From Octopus sinensis (Eukaryota), in assembly GCF_006345805.1 (NCBI RefSeq), contig NC_043001.1, positions 47,678,001 to 47,742,000 on the forward strand: 64,000 nt of DNA. The letters run 5' to 3'. This document shows, in pieces, positions 36,090-49,194 of the stretch (position 1 is its first letter; each line of letters begins with the position of its first letter). The notes beneath the pieces were generated by a model that had not been told where the DNA came from, ran no database searches, and was given only the letters and a program-made list of their open reading frames with translations. Position numbers and translations under genes: made by a program.

Positions 36090-36650
36090 CATGATGACTG
36101 ACCCCTCTTTATCGAGTATGGCCATTGCGCGAAGCTTAATCAATGTTGTTATCGTGCAATGCCTGTGCAAGAAGATTCTTTTTTAAAGTGGGGAAAGGCT
36201 GTGCACTAGTCAATCCCACTCACTAAGCAACAGCAGCCATAATACGAAAAGAAGAACAAGTCAACATCATCGGTAACCACTGAGCCGCAGGTTTTATGTC
36301 AGAGTTTATCCCAGTTACCTGAGTTACCTTCTCCTAGAAGGATGCCCTAACAAAGGCTAGGAGTCCTTCACTCCCAATGGTTTAACCGCGCGATCGGGTA
36401 TTCAGTCCGATTATTTCTATGTCCCCGCGCATGATACAGCCTTAAGACATTTATTGGATGGCCGTTGACTCTCAAGAGTTCATCCGCCCCTTTGACGGGT
36501 TTTGTTTTTCATCCCGCAGGGTGTCCAATAAACACCCTCCTCACCAAGCAAGCTTGGTGGGGTTGCCGGTTTAGTCGCCGACGACCCGACCATGCAACAG
36601 GTTGTACTGGGTTACATGTTGCCAGTAGCACTCGAAAGTGACCTGACATA
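36090..36650 (-). mobile_element. Bipartite non-autonomous RTE derivative (5' UTR-like segment fused to the 3' end)
   Basis: 3' end 36102-36139 matches 54315-54352 (36/38); ggagaaggtaactc motif recalled from RTE 5' regions. Confidence 0.6.
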
Positions 36651-36761
36651 AATACACATACATACATACATATATACATACATAATACATACATACATAC
36701 ATACATACATACATACATACATACACACATACATACATACATATATATATATAAACACACA

Positions 36762-36811
<50 letters not shown>

Positions 36812-36813
<2 letters not shown>

Positions 36814-36976
36814 GGCGCAGGAGTGGCTGTGGGGTAAGGAGCTTGCTTACCAACCACAAGGCTCCGGGTTCAGTCCCACTGTGTCGCACCTTAGGCAAAT
36901 GTCTTTTACTATAACCGGGGCCGACCAAAGCCATGTGAATGGATTTGGTTGACGGAAACTGAAATGAGCCCGTCGT

Positions 36977-37043
<67 letters not shown>

Positions 37044-37240
37044 TGTGTGTATGTGTGTGTGTGTATGTGTGGGTGTGCGCGTGCGTGCGTGTGTGTATGT
37101 TTATGTGTCTGTGTTTGTCTCCCCACCGTGATGGTGTATTTACGTCCCCGTAACTTAGCGGTTCGGCAAGTGACCGATAGAATAAGTACTAGGCTTACAA
37201 AGAATAAATCCTAGCATGGCCGCAGTCAAATGATTGAAAC
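36812..37240 (+). mobile_element. SINE family B, full length
   Basis: Head, central (TA)n(TG)n, tail. Confidence 0.9.
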
Positions 37241-37264
37241 AAATAAATGTATAAAAAAAGAAAA

Positions 37265-37342
<78 letters not shown>

Positions 37343-37983
37343 CACACACACGAACACATACACACACAATTACACTCTCACATGTATATCTCATACTTAA
37401 TTAAAAATATTTGCCAGCCAGTTCTGTAACAGAAAACAAAAGCAATATAAATATTGTGTTTATAATAGATTAGTTCTTCGATTTCGTTCCATAATATATC
37501 AGCCAAATGTCTAACAAATAATTTCAAATAGTATGCGGTAATAATAGATTATAATAGGTTACGTCTTCGATTTTGTTCCATAGTAAAAATGTTTTATAAG
37601 TTGACCGTAAAAGAATAATATAGATTTTAGTAAAAAAGTTTATTATGCATTAGTATACAAAATCCTTTCATTCATTCTTACGCTTTAAGCAACAACGTAG
37701 TTGTTATCGGAGGTTATTTATAGCCATGGCTCGTGAAAGCTTGCAGTAACTATTTACAACCCAAGTAGAATCAGATTTTGAATGATATTGTCACTTCTCT
37801 TCTGCTTCTGGAATGAAACAGTTGGGTGCGGTTGTTTGGGCGCTGGCGATTTGGCGCGATTGAATGAATTTCGAATCTCTTTTTTTTTTTTTGGCGACAG
37901 TACTTTTTGTGCTGGAGATAAACACACACACGCACGCGCACACACGCACGCGCACACACGCACGCGCACACACGCACGCGCAC

Positions 37984-38023
<40 letters not shown>

Positions 38024-38894
38024 ACACGAGCGAGCATAAATGTACACATATATATTAGAGGGAGAGAGAGTTGGTGGGGAAGAAGGAGAAAGAGAGAGAG
38101 TGTGTGTGTGTGAGTGTGTGTGTGTGTGAGAGAGAGAAAGAGAGAGCGAGAGCGAGAAAGACATATTGCAATTTATTAGCTGAACGCGACTGACATACAG
38201 AATTTCCATCTTATGCACACACAAAAGAAAAATATGCTCACACATATGAACACAGACATATATATATATATCAACACGTGCGCGCGCGCACACACACAAA
38301 TGGGAGCGAACGAGAGAACTATTAAAATGAAAGATACATTAAAAAGGTCTGATGCTAAATAAGTCGGTGTCGAATCAGCAACACCAAATAAGCAGCGCCA
38401 CAACGGCTATGCCAGAACATCTCACACACTTCTACGTTTATTTACCGCCACCAGTTTCATTGTTGCTATTATATTAAATCACTACTGCAATTAAAAACAG
38501 CTGTTATTTGTTTAATGGAGAAACTACAGCGCAATAATTAGGACGTGTTGCATTTTCTCCAGCGTCTAACCTGTTCTGTATGCACTTAGAATCTGGTGGT
38601 AGAACCATGCAATCAGTTACTGACAGTTATTTCAGCTCTGCGTTTATCATTGGTCGTTTATATCCAAGCAGTATTTGGTGCTAATGTGGATATTGACGTT
38701 GTTGCTGTTATTGTTATGTGCGTGTATGTTTATATGTATTTGTGAACGTTAAATGGGTGGCGTAGTAATTACAGAATGGTACTCCCATGAACTTGCGGAC
38801 CTTGTTCTAAAATTTGAAACCAATATGCCATTGCTTAGCATACTACACATGTGCCCCCACCGACTTTGTTTCCTCATAACTTCAAGAAAAATGG

Positions 38895-39034
38895 ATATTT
38901 TTTCCACCGAGATCGACCTTGTCTTTCATCCTTTCAGGGTCGATAAAATAAGTACTAGTTGAACACTGGGGTCGATGCGATCAACTTATCCCTCCCTCGA
39001 AATTGCTGGCCATGTGCTAAAATTTGAAATCAAT
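38895..39034 (+). mobile_element. SINE family A 3' part
   Basis: ctttcatcctttcagggtcgataaaataagtac. Confidence 0.8.
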
Positions 39035-39044
39035 ATATTACTGT

Positions 39045-39770
39045 TCTGGGATGTTTTATATGGATTTGCTTGAAAGTCACTACATTTGCAGTGACAAATA
39101 CTGTGGAAATTAAATTTTTTTGTAGTAACAAACTGCGTCTCTTGCATGTCCACTTGGTCTTTCATTCTGCGTAGTTTATTTCATTCGTTTGTTGATGTAG
39201 CCAGTAATGATGCAAAGCGTATTGTTTTGCTTTCTCTGTTGGTTCATTCGGTCAATGAGATCCAGACACGACTGTCATAATCAATGAGGTATCGAATTAT
39301 TGCTTCATTTTGTTAGCTAAATGTGGTACGTGCCAGTGCTCTATGTTTGAGTGTCATTTTGGTTCTTTCACGATATTGCGTATTGTGAATTTTGAAGACG
39401 TTTTGTATGTAATTCCTAATATTACTTTTGCGTGCGGTATAGTTATATTGCTGAATATGATGGTTGTTTGTATTTGATGTGTTGCTATTCAACAGTGAAA
39501 ATAGCCAAAGGAAAACTGTTGCATTTTGTAGGTGTTACTTTTAATCTCTTTGAAGCCCATTTTCTCGATGATTGATATATTGCCAGAGTAGTTATACTGT
39601 TGCTTCTGGCGAAAGATAGAAGATGACTGATATCATCTACGTATGAACCTGCACATGAATATTTTGTTAAGGTATGGGAGTGTCATGTTGGTAAAAGTGA
39701 GGTGGTGAAAACGGATCTTTGTAGCACACCTTTCAGTCTATTACGGGTTCTAAATGTTTCATTGTACATC
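39045..39770 (-). pseudogene. Heavily decayed I/Jockey-like LINE reverse transcriptase
   Basis: Minus-strand GVLQRSV (GVPQGSV-like), SYVDD near 39630-39645, ILGITY, IRYLIDY..VW. Confidence 0.7.
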
Positions 39771-40744
39771 ACATAGACATCGTTACCAAAAAGATAGTTG
39801 ACTCATGTTTTGTTTTATCTCGTCTAGAAGTGTTAAGCAATTTCACCTGAAAACCTCGCGTGTGTTTTTAACCGTTAGGACTGCGTGCGTAAGTTCTGTT
39901 TATACTGCGGTTGAAACTGGCGTGTATTATTTGTTTATGGTTCTGTAAGTAGACACCGAATTAGTAGAGCTATTAGAGCGTTGTATAGAATGACACGTGG
40001 TATTTGTTCCGATTGTCTGCACTTTGAGTTCAAATCCTATCGAGGTCAGCTTTGTCTTTCAGCATCGCTTCAGGGTCGATAAAAAATATATTAACCCAGG
40101 TTATTGGATTAGTGGAGCAGTTAGGGGATTACGAAAGATACCTTGCGGTATCTGTTCCAGTTCTTTGCACCCTGACAGTAACAACTGCGATGGCACAGGT
40201 GTTCAGCTCTCTCAGCCCAACTCAGCGGCCCTTTCTCTTGGATAAACATCGGTGGCAGGGAGCGAAGAGATTTACATCCATGGACAACTGCAAGTTTTAC
40301 TCAGAAATACTTTACTAATGCCTGAACATGTGCAGATGAATGGTCAAACTTGACCGCCGAAGCCCTCCAACCAGACATAAGTAGTAGAGTGGTCAAGAGG
40401 TGTAGATTGAAATTAGTGTCTGATTTGGACAGATGCAATGGGTTTTTAAGGCAATACATAACAAAAGGATCATATGCTTATGATCGGTAATTTTTTTCTT
40501 AATTTTTTTCTTTTGAATTTTAGAATTGTTAAAATTATTCCTGAACATATTGGGAAGTGACTACGAGCTACTCGAGCACTGGTGAGGCTCCCTGTATATT
40601 GTTTGGTATCTGACGGAAGGTTAAAGTTACTGTTCTGTGTGTGGGCGCGTGTGTGTGTGGTGTGTGTGTGTGTGGTGTGTGTGTGTGTACTACTACTACT
40701 AACCTTTGCACTATCGCCTTCACTACTGACAGTACTCCCTAGCC

Positions 40745-41152
40745 GTGCCCTATACCATGACCACCACCACCGACACTATCTTTACAGTAACACTCATCAC
40801 TTACACCACCCTTCTCATTATCCATCTTCATCACAGCACCCTTATCATCATCATCATCATCGCATTCATTATCATCATCATCATCATCATCATCATCGTC
40901 GTCGTCATCGTCGTCGTCGTCGTCATCATCATTGTCATCATCATCATCATCATCATCGTCATCGTCATCGTCGTTGTCGTCATCATCATTGTCATCATCA
41001 TCGTCATAGTCATCATCATCGTCATCCTCCTCTCCTCCTCCTCCTCATCATCATCATCATCATCGTCATCACCAGCAACAGCAACAAAAACAGTTGTAAC
41101 CACAATCACCGTTATCATCATCATCATCATCATAATCATCATTAGTCCAACA
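40745..41152. repeat. Compound (CAT/CGT/CCT)n trinucleotide tract
   Basis: Directly visible. Confidence 0.9.
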
Positions 41153-41159
41153 TATCCAA

Positions 41160-42125
41160 TCTGATTTCATCATTGCGCTTACCCCTCCCATCTTAACCCC
41201 CACCCCAACCCCCCCCCCACTCCCCATCTCCACCCTTGCTGCTGTTTACCTGCCAACCTTTTTATCAGCAATAACCTAAACACTTTCAGCCATCACCGGA
41301 CCATTCAACTACCGGACTATCAGCCACGCCACCCCCATCAACCGACTATCCTACTCTTTCTCCTCCAACACCCGTCTGTCTCCCCCACCTTTCACTCTCC
41401 CTCCATCCCTCTCTCCCTCCCCCTCTCTTTCTCTCTCTGCCATCTCCTCCTCCATATCCTCTTCAGCTTCATCTTCCTCATCTCTCTCAGTCCCTTTCAG
41501 CAATCAAATCATTTACCTCCAATTTTTTTTTCTCCTCCACCCAACATTCCTATTTTATCAATCGATCGATTTAACAAGCGTAGTGATTCCGTCCCTCCTT
41601 CTTTTACGTCTTTCTTTCATTCTTTATGGCCTTCTCCCATCCTCTCCTTCTTTCCTTCTTTCTTTCTTTTTCTTTCTTTCTTACTTTCCGTCTTTATTTC
41701 TTTCTTCGTATCTTTCATTCTGTATATCCTTTTCATGTTTTTGGAGAGGGTTTCCCCCTTCGACAAACAGTATGTCCAGATCGATCTGTAGTCCTTTCTA
41801 TTGTCTTTCTTTCCTTTACTCTCTTTATCTTTCTTTCTTTCATCTTTTTCTCCCAATCTTTCATTTCATTTCTCCCATTCATTTTAACGTTCCCTCTAAT
41901 ATTTCCTTCCCCTCCTCCTTCAGCAACCAATCTTTCCAGATCGATTTGTCTTTACTACAGATACAACATGACCTCTCCTATTATTTCCTTACTTTTCCCC
42001 TTCCTTTCTTCCATTTCCTCTTCTATTTTTCTTTCTTGTTTTCTTCCCCCCCCTCCTTTCTCGTATTCTTTTTTTCTTACCCTCTTAAACCCTCCTTCCT
42101 TCTTTGACATTTTCCAATTGCTAGT
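41160..42125. repeat. ~1-kb pyrimidine-rich low-complexity tract
   Basis: Strong C/T skew on the plus strand. Confidence 0.85.
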
Positions 42126-42345
42126 GGGGACAAGTATTGGGTCAGTTTGATCTGATGACGCCAAAATAGCAATTATCAGCTCTGCTATTTAATTTACTTC
42201 TTTCCAATCTATTATTATCATTATTATGTCATTATATTTATACACACATTCTTTATGCACCTTCTGTTCCTCCACATACCCATATTCATTCTTCATTCAC
42301 AATCTCACAATCACATTTAGATATAGTTTATGAACCGTTCATCCC

Positions 42346-42390
<45 letters not shown>

Positions 42391-42410
42391 ATCTATCTAT
42401 CTACTATCTA

Positions 42411-42538
<128 letters not shown>

Positions 42539-42694
42539 AATGTCTGTCTGTCTGATTGTCTGTCAGTCTGGTTGTCTGTCTGTCTTTATATAATATATGT
42601 GTGTGTGTGTGTATATATATATATATGCATATATATATATACATAGAAAGATACATACATATGTATACATATATACATACCACACACACACACA

Positions 42695-42741
<47 letters not shown>

Positions 42742-42897
42742 CATATACATATTCTTTTATTCTCTTATATGTTTCAGCCCAAAGGCTGTGGGCAAGCTGG
42801 GTTACGATTTTAAAATATATATTTTATGTGAAATAGATATATTTAAATATTCTCATGCATTATCTATCTTTACAAACATATATATTATATATATACC

Positions 42898-42940
<43 letters not shown>

Positions 42941-43001
42941 TATACGCATACAAACACTTGTACACACACACACCCACATGCACACACATATACATATATA
43001 C

Positions 43002-43077
<76 letters not shown>

Positions 43078-44170
43078 CACGCACACTGTGTTTCATGTCT
43101 ATGGTATCTCTCCTTTTCCCTCTTTCAAGTTAAATATATCTATCTGTATCAATGCCTTCATCATTTCCCTCTACCTCTGTCCATCACGATAACTGCATCC
43201 CCGCCACACAAGAATCAGAAATATATTTATGGATTTCTTTCCTTCTCTGAAACATTCACTGTCTCTCTCTTCTCTCTCTCTCTCTCTCTCTATTCATTGC
43301 ATCGAATTTTCTTTCTTTTCCTCCCGCTTTCCTCCATCTTTGTTTTCTTTCAATTCTATCTAAACTGTCTCTCTTCTTTGCATTCTCTGTAAGCGTCACT
43401 CTGCTAATTTTTCACTCATTCATTCATTTATTCATTTCTTTCTTTCTTTTCTTTCTTTCCTTCTTTCTCTTTTTCAATGTCCCTGTATCATTTTCTCTCT
43501 GTCACTCTCTGTCTGTCTCTCTCTCCTTCTTTCTCTGTGTTAAACCACTAGTCCATTGTTCAGTGCAGAAACTGGAAACTCTAGGTCCTCAGGTCCCTTA
43601 GTGGAGTCCACTCTGCTTAGTTTAGCAAATATTGGACCGAGTTTATCTTTTGCTGCCCTAATAGATATGTTGTGGCTTTTTTCTGTTAGCCCCATCTTCT
43701 CACCAATCTCACTTAACTTGCTAAAGGGTCATTTTTCCTTTTATCTTCCTCTTTCTTTCCTTTTTTTTTTCTCACCTCTTCGTTTGACCCCTCTCTTTAT
43801 TTTAACAAATACATCTCTTCTCTCCTCTCTGTCCGCTTAATACTACCACTTCATTCTCAAATTTTCATTCACACCACAAGATCCTTTTGAACGAGCAGCA
43901 TATGGAATCTACGTCACCACACATACCATTTGTGACGACAAAATATGAACTCCTATTGGAATTTACATACCACGGACAGGAAGAATTTCTACCACTTCTA
44001 CACACCACTTCCTTGGATAATGGAACTGCAGCTATAACATCTTTATACATTTTAAATTTTATTTCTACATTCATTCTCCTATTTCTCTACACACTGCTTA
44101 TTTCCTTCCTTTTTCAAAATAACTCCTATTTTGAACTCTAATATTTTCCTCTATTTAACCATCTTACATC

Positions 44171-44218
44171 GTCTCTGATGAGGGGATATCACTAATATTC
44201 TAGAGGCAGCAGTAAGAC
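44171..44218 (+). ncRNA. Degenerate hammerhead-like motif (GAAA mutated to GAGG)
   Basis: gtct-ctgatga-gggg...cta-gagg-cagcag-ta-agac; stem I gtct/agac. Confidence 0.45.
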
Positions 44219-44431
44219 TAACTTTCTCTTTATAAATGTCCTGAAAATTCCACTCAGCCTTGGCTTTGTTGTCTCATTTTATTTAACATATACATGTTCT
44301 TACAAGACCCGCAATTAGACTCCTCACTCGTATCATTATCGAACCGAGAGTTTAACTACGGTCCTTCCATAGCACTTACATAGCGTTACCTGCCACCTTG
44401 AGTCTTCTGGATACCAATACCTCTCACGTAA

Positions 44432-44557
<126 letters not shown>

Positions 44558-44558
44558 C

Positions 44559-44666
44559 TTGCCTGATGAAATGGTGCCGTAACGCAATATTGATATATTA
44601 TGTAATACCACCCAATTATTACACATTGTTGAATTATTAACCACGCTATTGAAACGCGAGTAGCAA
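44559..44666 (+). ncRNA. Type I hammerhead candidate with 67-nt loop II, predicted cleavage GUA after 44662
   Basis: ttgc-ctgatga-aatggtg...cgctatt-gaaa-c-gcga-g-ta-gcaa. Confidence 0.65.
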
Positions 44667-45586
44667 TGCTTTGAACTGTCTATTCTTGTTTCTTTACTAC
44701 ACACACGCGTAACCATATCGTGGAGAAGGGATATCAGCTACTTAAGTTTTACAAAAACCTGTTGAGATGAGATGCACACACATACACGCATACATACGTA
44801 CATTCATTCATACATACATCGTACACGAATACATACGTACTCACGTATATACATATACGCACACATAAATATATATGTATGTGTGTTGGGTGTATGAATT
44901 TGTGTATGTATATATGCATGTGCATGCGTATGTATGTACGTACGTATGTATGTATGTATGTATGTATGTATGTATGTATGTATGTATGTATGTATGTTTG
45001 TATGTATGTATGTATGTATGTGTGTGTGTGTGTGTATGTGTGTGTGTGTGTGTGTGTGTATTATGCAGAACATAGCATAAGCCAGACGTATTGAAAACAG
45101 AAATATATGTAAATATGATAAAACATTGCTATAAGAGAAATATATAAATATTTTAAAAAATCCTTTTATATCTTTGATGCCACCTCATATCTGCCAAGAG
45201 CTAACGTACCCGGTTTCCTTCTCTAATTAACAGCATAATATATTTATCTTCATAAATCAATCATAATTTATACTACCACCCTAGTTCACAGCCTGATTTG
45301 CGCTTTAGTGCTATTGATAACTCGTCGTTAATTAATATATATAATTTCTACATCAAAGAATTTATATATTATGCACAACTTAGTATGCAGCAGTGCAAAA
45401 TATATTTAAGAAATAAAAAGAACCACAGCGATAACAATAGAGAAATGCAAACGCTTTACTTCAATACTTTACATTGGAAATGGGTACGTATTTTCTGAAG
45501 AGCACTCAACAAATTGTGAAATGATCTATCAAGAGACTTCACGATTGTTCCTGCACGAATGTGGCATACAAGAAACTGTTTTGTAT

Positions 45587-45928
45587 TTAAGGCGGCGAAC
45601 TGGCAGAAACGTTAGCACGCCGGGCGAAATGCTTAGCGGTATTTCGTCCGCCGTTACGTTGTGAGTTCAAATTCCGCCGAGGTCGACTTTGCCTTTCATC
45701 CTTTCGGGGTCGATAAATTAAGTACCAGTTACGCACTGGGGCCGATGTAATCGACTTAATACCTATGTCTGTCCTTGTTTGTCCCCTCTGTGTTTAGCCC
45801 CTTGTGGGTAATAAAGAAATAGGTATTTCGTTCGCCGTTACGTTCTGAGTTTAAATTCCGCCGAGGTCGACTTTGCCTTTCATCCTTTCGGGATCGATAA
45901 ATTAAGTACCAGTTACGTACTGGGGTCC
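45587..45928 (+). mobile_element. SINE family A, young, full copy plus tandem partial unit
   Basis: Intact CpGs; aaagaaata|ggtatttcg junction near 45820. Confidence 0.95.
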
Positions 45929-45931
45929 ATG

Positions 45932-45970
<39 letters not shown>

Positions 45971-46022
45971 CTAATCTACATACATACACACATACATACA
46001 CACATATACATACATACATACA

Positions 46023-46054
<32 letters not shown>

Positions 46055-46309
46055 CATACATACATATATATACATATGTATGTATGTATGTCTATCTGTA
46101 TGTATGTATGTATTATGTATGTATGTATGTATATGATAGTAGCCTCTCGTATTTTAAGAAAGACGATTCCGCAATTGCTGCACAACTTGAACAAATATTT
46201 TGTTTGTAGTGATCAAATTTTTTTGCTGTACATTTTCTTACTCCCTCCATGAAATCGACATTGTCTCTACAGCTTGTATGATGTACCACTCATCAGGTAT
46301 TGAGGTGAT

Positions 46310-46420
46310 CGTAGAGCAACATCAGATGAAGTGTTTTGCTCAAGACCAAAACGCAGCATGCAGTCCAGGAATTGAAACCACGACGTTGCGATCATAAGTT
46401 CAACGCCCTAACCACTAGGT
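46310..46420 (-). mobile_element. SINE family C-type head, diverged
   Basis: Reverse complement cctagtggttagggcgttgaac...gtttcaattcc...gtcttgagcaaaacactt. Confidence 0.65.
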
Positions 46421-46649
46421 CATTATACCTTAGACACATACATATAAACACATACACGCGCGCGTACACACATCAACTACTTTTTATCTGTTCTATTTAT
46501 CCCAGTACTTTAGAAATAACCGTCACTGTTGATATTGTGAAGCATAACTGTAGATTAATACAGTTACTATATAAATCTGAAGATTGTAGAAAACATGAAA
46601 GTACTTGTATGATACTAATATATAATATTGTAAAATTGTAAAAAGTACA

Positions 46650-47192
46650 AAGCTGTGTGGTAAGAAGCTTGCTTCCCAACCACATGGTTCAGGGTTCAGT
46701 CCCACTGCCTGGCACCTTGCGGAAGTGTCTTCTATAGCCGCGGGCCTACCAAGCCTTCTGATTGGATTTTGTAGACGGAAACTGAAAGGAGCCTGTCGTA
46801 TAATATATATTATATATATATATATATATCACCGTGACCGACCAGACTATCAGATGTTGTTACACATCGCTGGTCACAATGCGCTTCGCATTGTTTTAGC
46901 CTTCAAATGACGCCCCCCCCCCCGCTGGCTAAGCGAGCAGGCCAACAGAAGAAAGAGTGAGAGAATGTTGTGGCGAAAGAGTACAGCAGGGATCGCCACC
47001 ACCCCCTGCCGGAGCTTCTTGGAGTTTTAGGTGTTTTCGCTCAATAAACACTCGCAACGCCCGGTCTGAGAATCGTAACCGCGACCCTACAACCGCGAGT
47101 CCGCTGCCCTAACTACTAGGCCATTGCGCCTTCACATACATACAAACATACATACATACATACATACATGCATACATATATATATATAATAT

Positions 47193-47226
<34 letters not shown>

Positions 47227-47460
47227 ATATGTATATCTGTGTATGTGTCTCATTGTCTGTGTTTGTCCTCCTACCATCATTTGAAAAACCGATGCTGGCG
47301 TGTTTACGTACCTATAACTTATCGGTTCGGCAAAAGAAGACGATGCAATACCTATTAGGCTGACAAAGAATAGGTCTTGGAGTCGATTTTTTTCGACTGA
47401 AACCCTTTCAGATGGGGCCCCAGCATGGCCGCAGTCAAATGACTGAAACATGTGAAAGAA
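46650..47460 (+). mobile_element. SINE family B split by a nested family D copy
   Basis: Head 46650-46800, tail 47230-47460. Confidence 0.8.
46833..47136 (-). mobile_element. SINE family D (tail type 2) nested in the family B central microsatellite
   Basis: gaaggcgcaatggcctagtagttagggcagcggactcgcgg in reverse complement. Confidence 0.9.
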
Positions 47461-47496
47461 TATATATATGTATATTTATATGTGCGTGCGTGCGTG

Positions 47497-47541
<45 letters not shown>

Positions 47542-47932
47542 GCTAATATCGAAAAGTGAGAATGTATGCTCAACTATGGTGGATAAAATTATAAATATTT
47601 ATAAATGGATAAATATTCTTTACTTATAGAATAATATGTCACCCCGTGGTGTCATTCGAGAGAGATTCTCACATTTTCAAGCGATCAACTTGGGAATACC
47701 GGTAATTGTCTCTATTTTGAACAGGAATACACGATGTTACACGAGACTGTAAGGGACATCAAAATAAATCCACATATCAGGCTAGGTAACATAAGAATTT
47801 CTTCCTTTGCATTGGCTCTGAATTCTTGCGTTCACTATATACTAATTAATTCCTTATATATGATCTCTTGAGCACCACCAGCAAAAATATTTTTTCCTCT
47901 GTCTTCCCTTCTTGGGATCTTTCCTTTTCCTT

Positions 47933-47967
47933 GTTTCCGACGAAGAGCTCCGCTCGAAACGTTAAAC
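47933..47967 (+). ncRNA. Minimal hammerhead-like motif (U4 to C variant)
   Basis: gttt-ccgacga-a-gagc tcc gctc-gaaa-cg-tt-aaac. Confidence 0.55.
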
Positions 47968-48031
47968 CCTCCTTCCCTTCTTTCCTGAGCGTCAAATAAT
48001 ACTTTAATTGTCCCACGTCCTCGCGTTGCTG

Positions 48032-48131
48032 NNNNNNNNNNNNNNNNNNNNNNNNNNNNNNNNNNNNNNNNNNNNNNNNNNNNNNNNNNNNNNNNNNNNN
48101 NNNNNNNNNNNNNNNNNNNNNNNNNNNNNNN
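48032..48131. other. Assembly gap (100 N)
   Basis: Run of N. Confidence 1.
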
Positions 48132-48494
48132 ATAAATACAATTATAAATATAAAATAAATTTTGCATATAACACGCTTAAAACTGTTAGAATAAGAGGAA
48201 TAAATATAGTGATAATAAAATAAAATAGCATATCAAGACACGAGTTAAATTCCGGCGAATAGTACATAAAATATAATACACATACAAGCTTACAAAAATA
48301 TAAGATATACAGAAGTATATCTTACACCTTATCACACACAGGCAAATATACATACAATATATGCAAACATATATATACATGCACACACATATATATATAT
48401 ACATATATATACACACATATGCATACACACGTTTACCTATATATATACATACATACATACTTATATACATACGCATACGCATATATATAGATAC

Positions 48495-48541
<47 letters not shown>

Positions 48542-48662
48542 CACATGTATATCTACACACATACACACATACATATATTTTTTCTAGTTCATACGAACCC
48601 ATATATTAATACATGCATTCACACCTGTATATTTATACATACCTACATATACATGCATATGT

Positions 48663-48693
<31 letters not shown>

Positions 48694-48852
48694 TACACAC
48701 ACACACATGTATACGTATCTACACTGCTCATATATTTAAGTTCACAGGTACATTGGTGGGAGGGGGATAAGTGAAACAGAAGTGTACCTCCGAGGGTTGT
48801 TCTTATCAACGATCGAATGATTGAAAGTAGGTGACATCATTTCTATTTGGAT

Positions 48853-49185
48853 ATATGCATCTTAAAAATAAAAAAAAGCAAAGAGGGGAATCCTGTTATT
48901 GGGTGGGGTGGAATATCATTTTTTGGTGTTCAGTAGTGGTTTGTACTTTCTAATGAAGAATTCTTCTTTATTTTCCGGAAATGTCGTTGTTCGACCATAA
49001 CTTAAAGAAGGGGAAGATTGAGAAGATTTAAGTTATGGTCGGACAACGAACATTTCCGGAAATATACAAAGAATTCTTTACCAGAAAGTGCAAATCACTA
49101 CTGAACACAAAACACAAAACAATGATAGTCCCCCCCCCCCAATAAAGGGATTCTCTCTTTGTTTTTATTTTTTAAAAATGCATAT
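48853..49185. mobile_element. Fold-back/MITE-like element, ~155-bp diverged arms, 20-bp loop
   Basis: atatgcat...ttccggaaatgtcgttgttcgaccataacttaaa mirrored by tttaagttatggtcggacaacg...atgcatat. Confidence 0.8.
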
Positions 49186-49194
49186 AGGCTGTTA

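Noticed and set aside
40250-40450. Possible CR1 3' remnant
   Set aside because: Resemblance too weak and frame-broken to call.
45490-45540. ctgaaga-gca...tgt-gaaa-tgatc-ta as a hammerhead
   Set aside because: Stems I and III do not pair convincingly.
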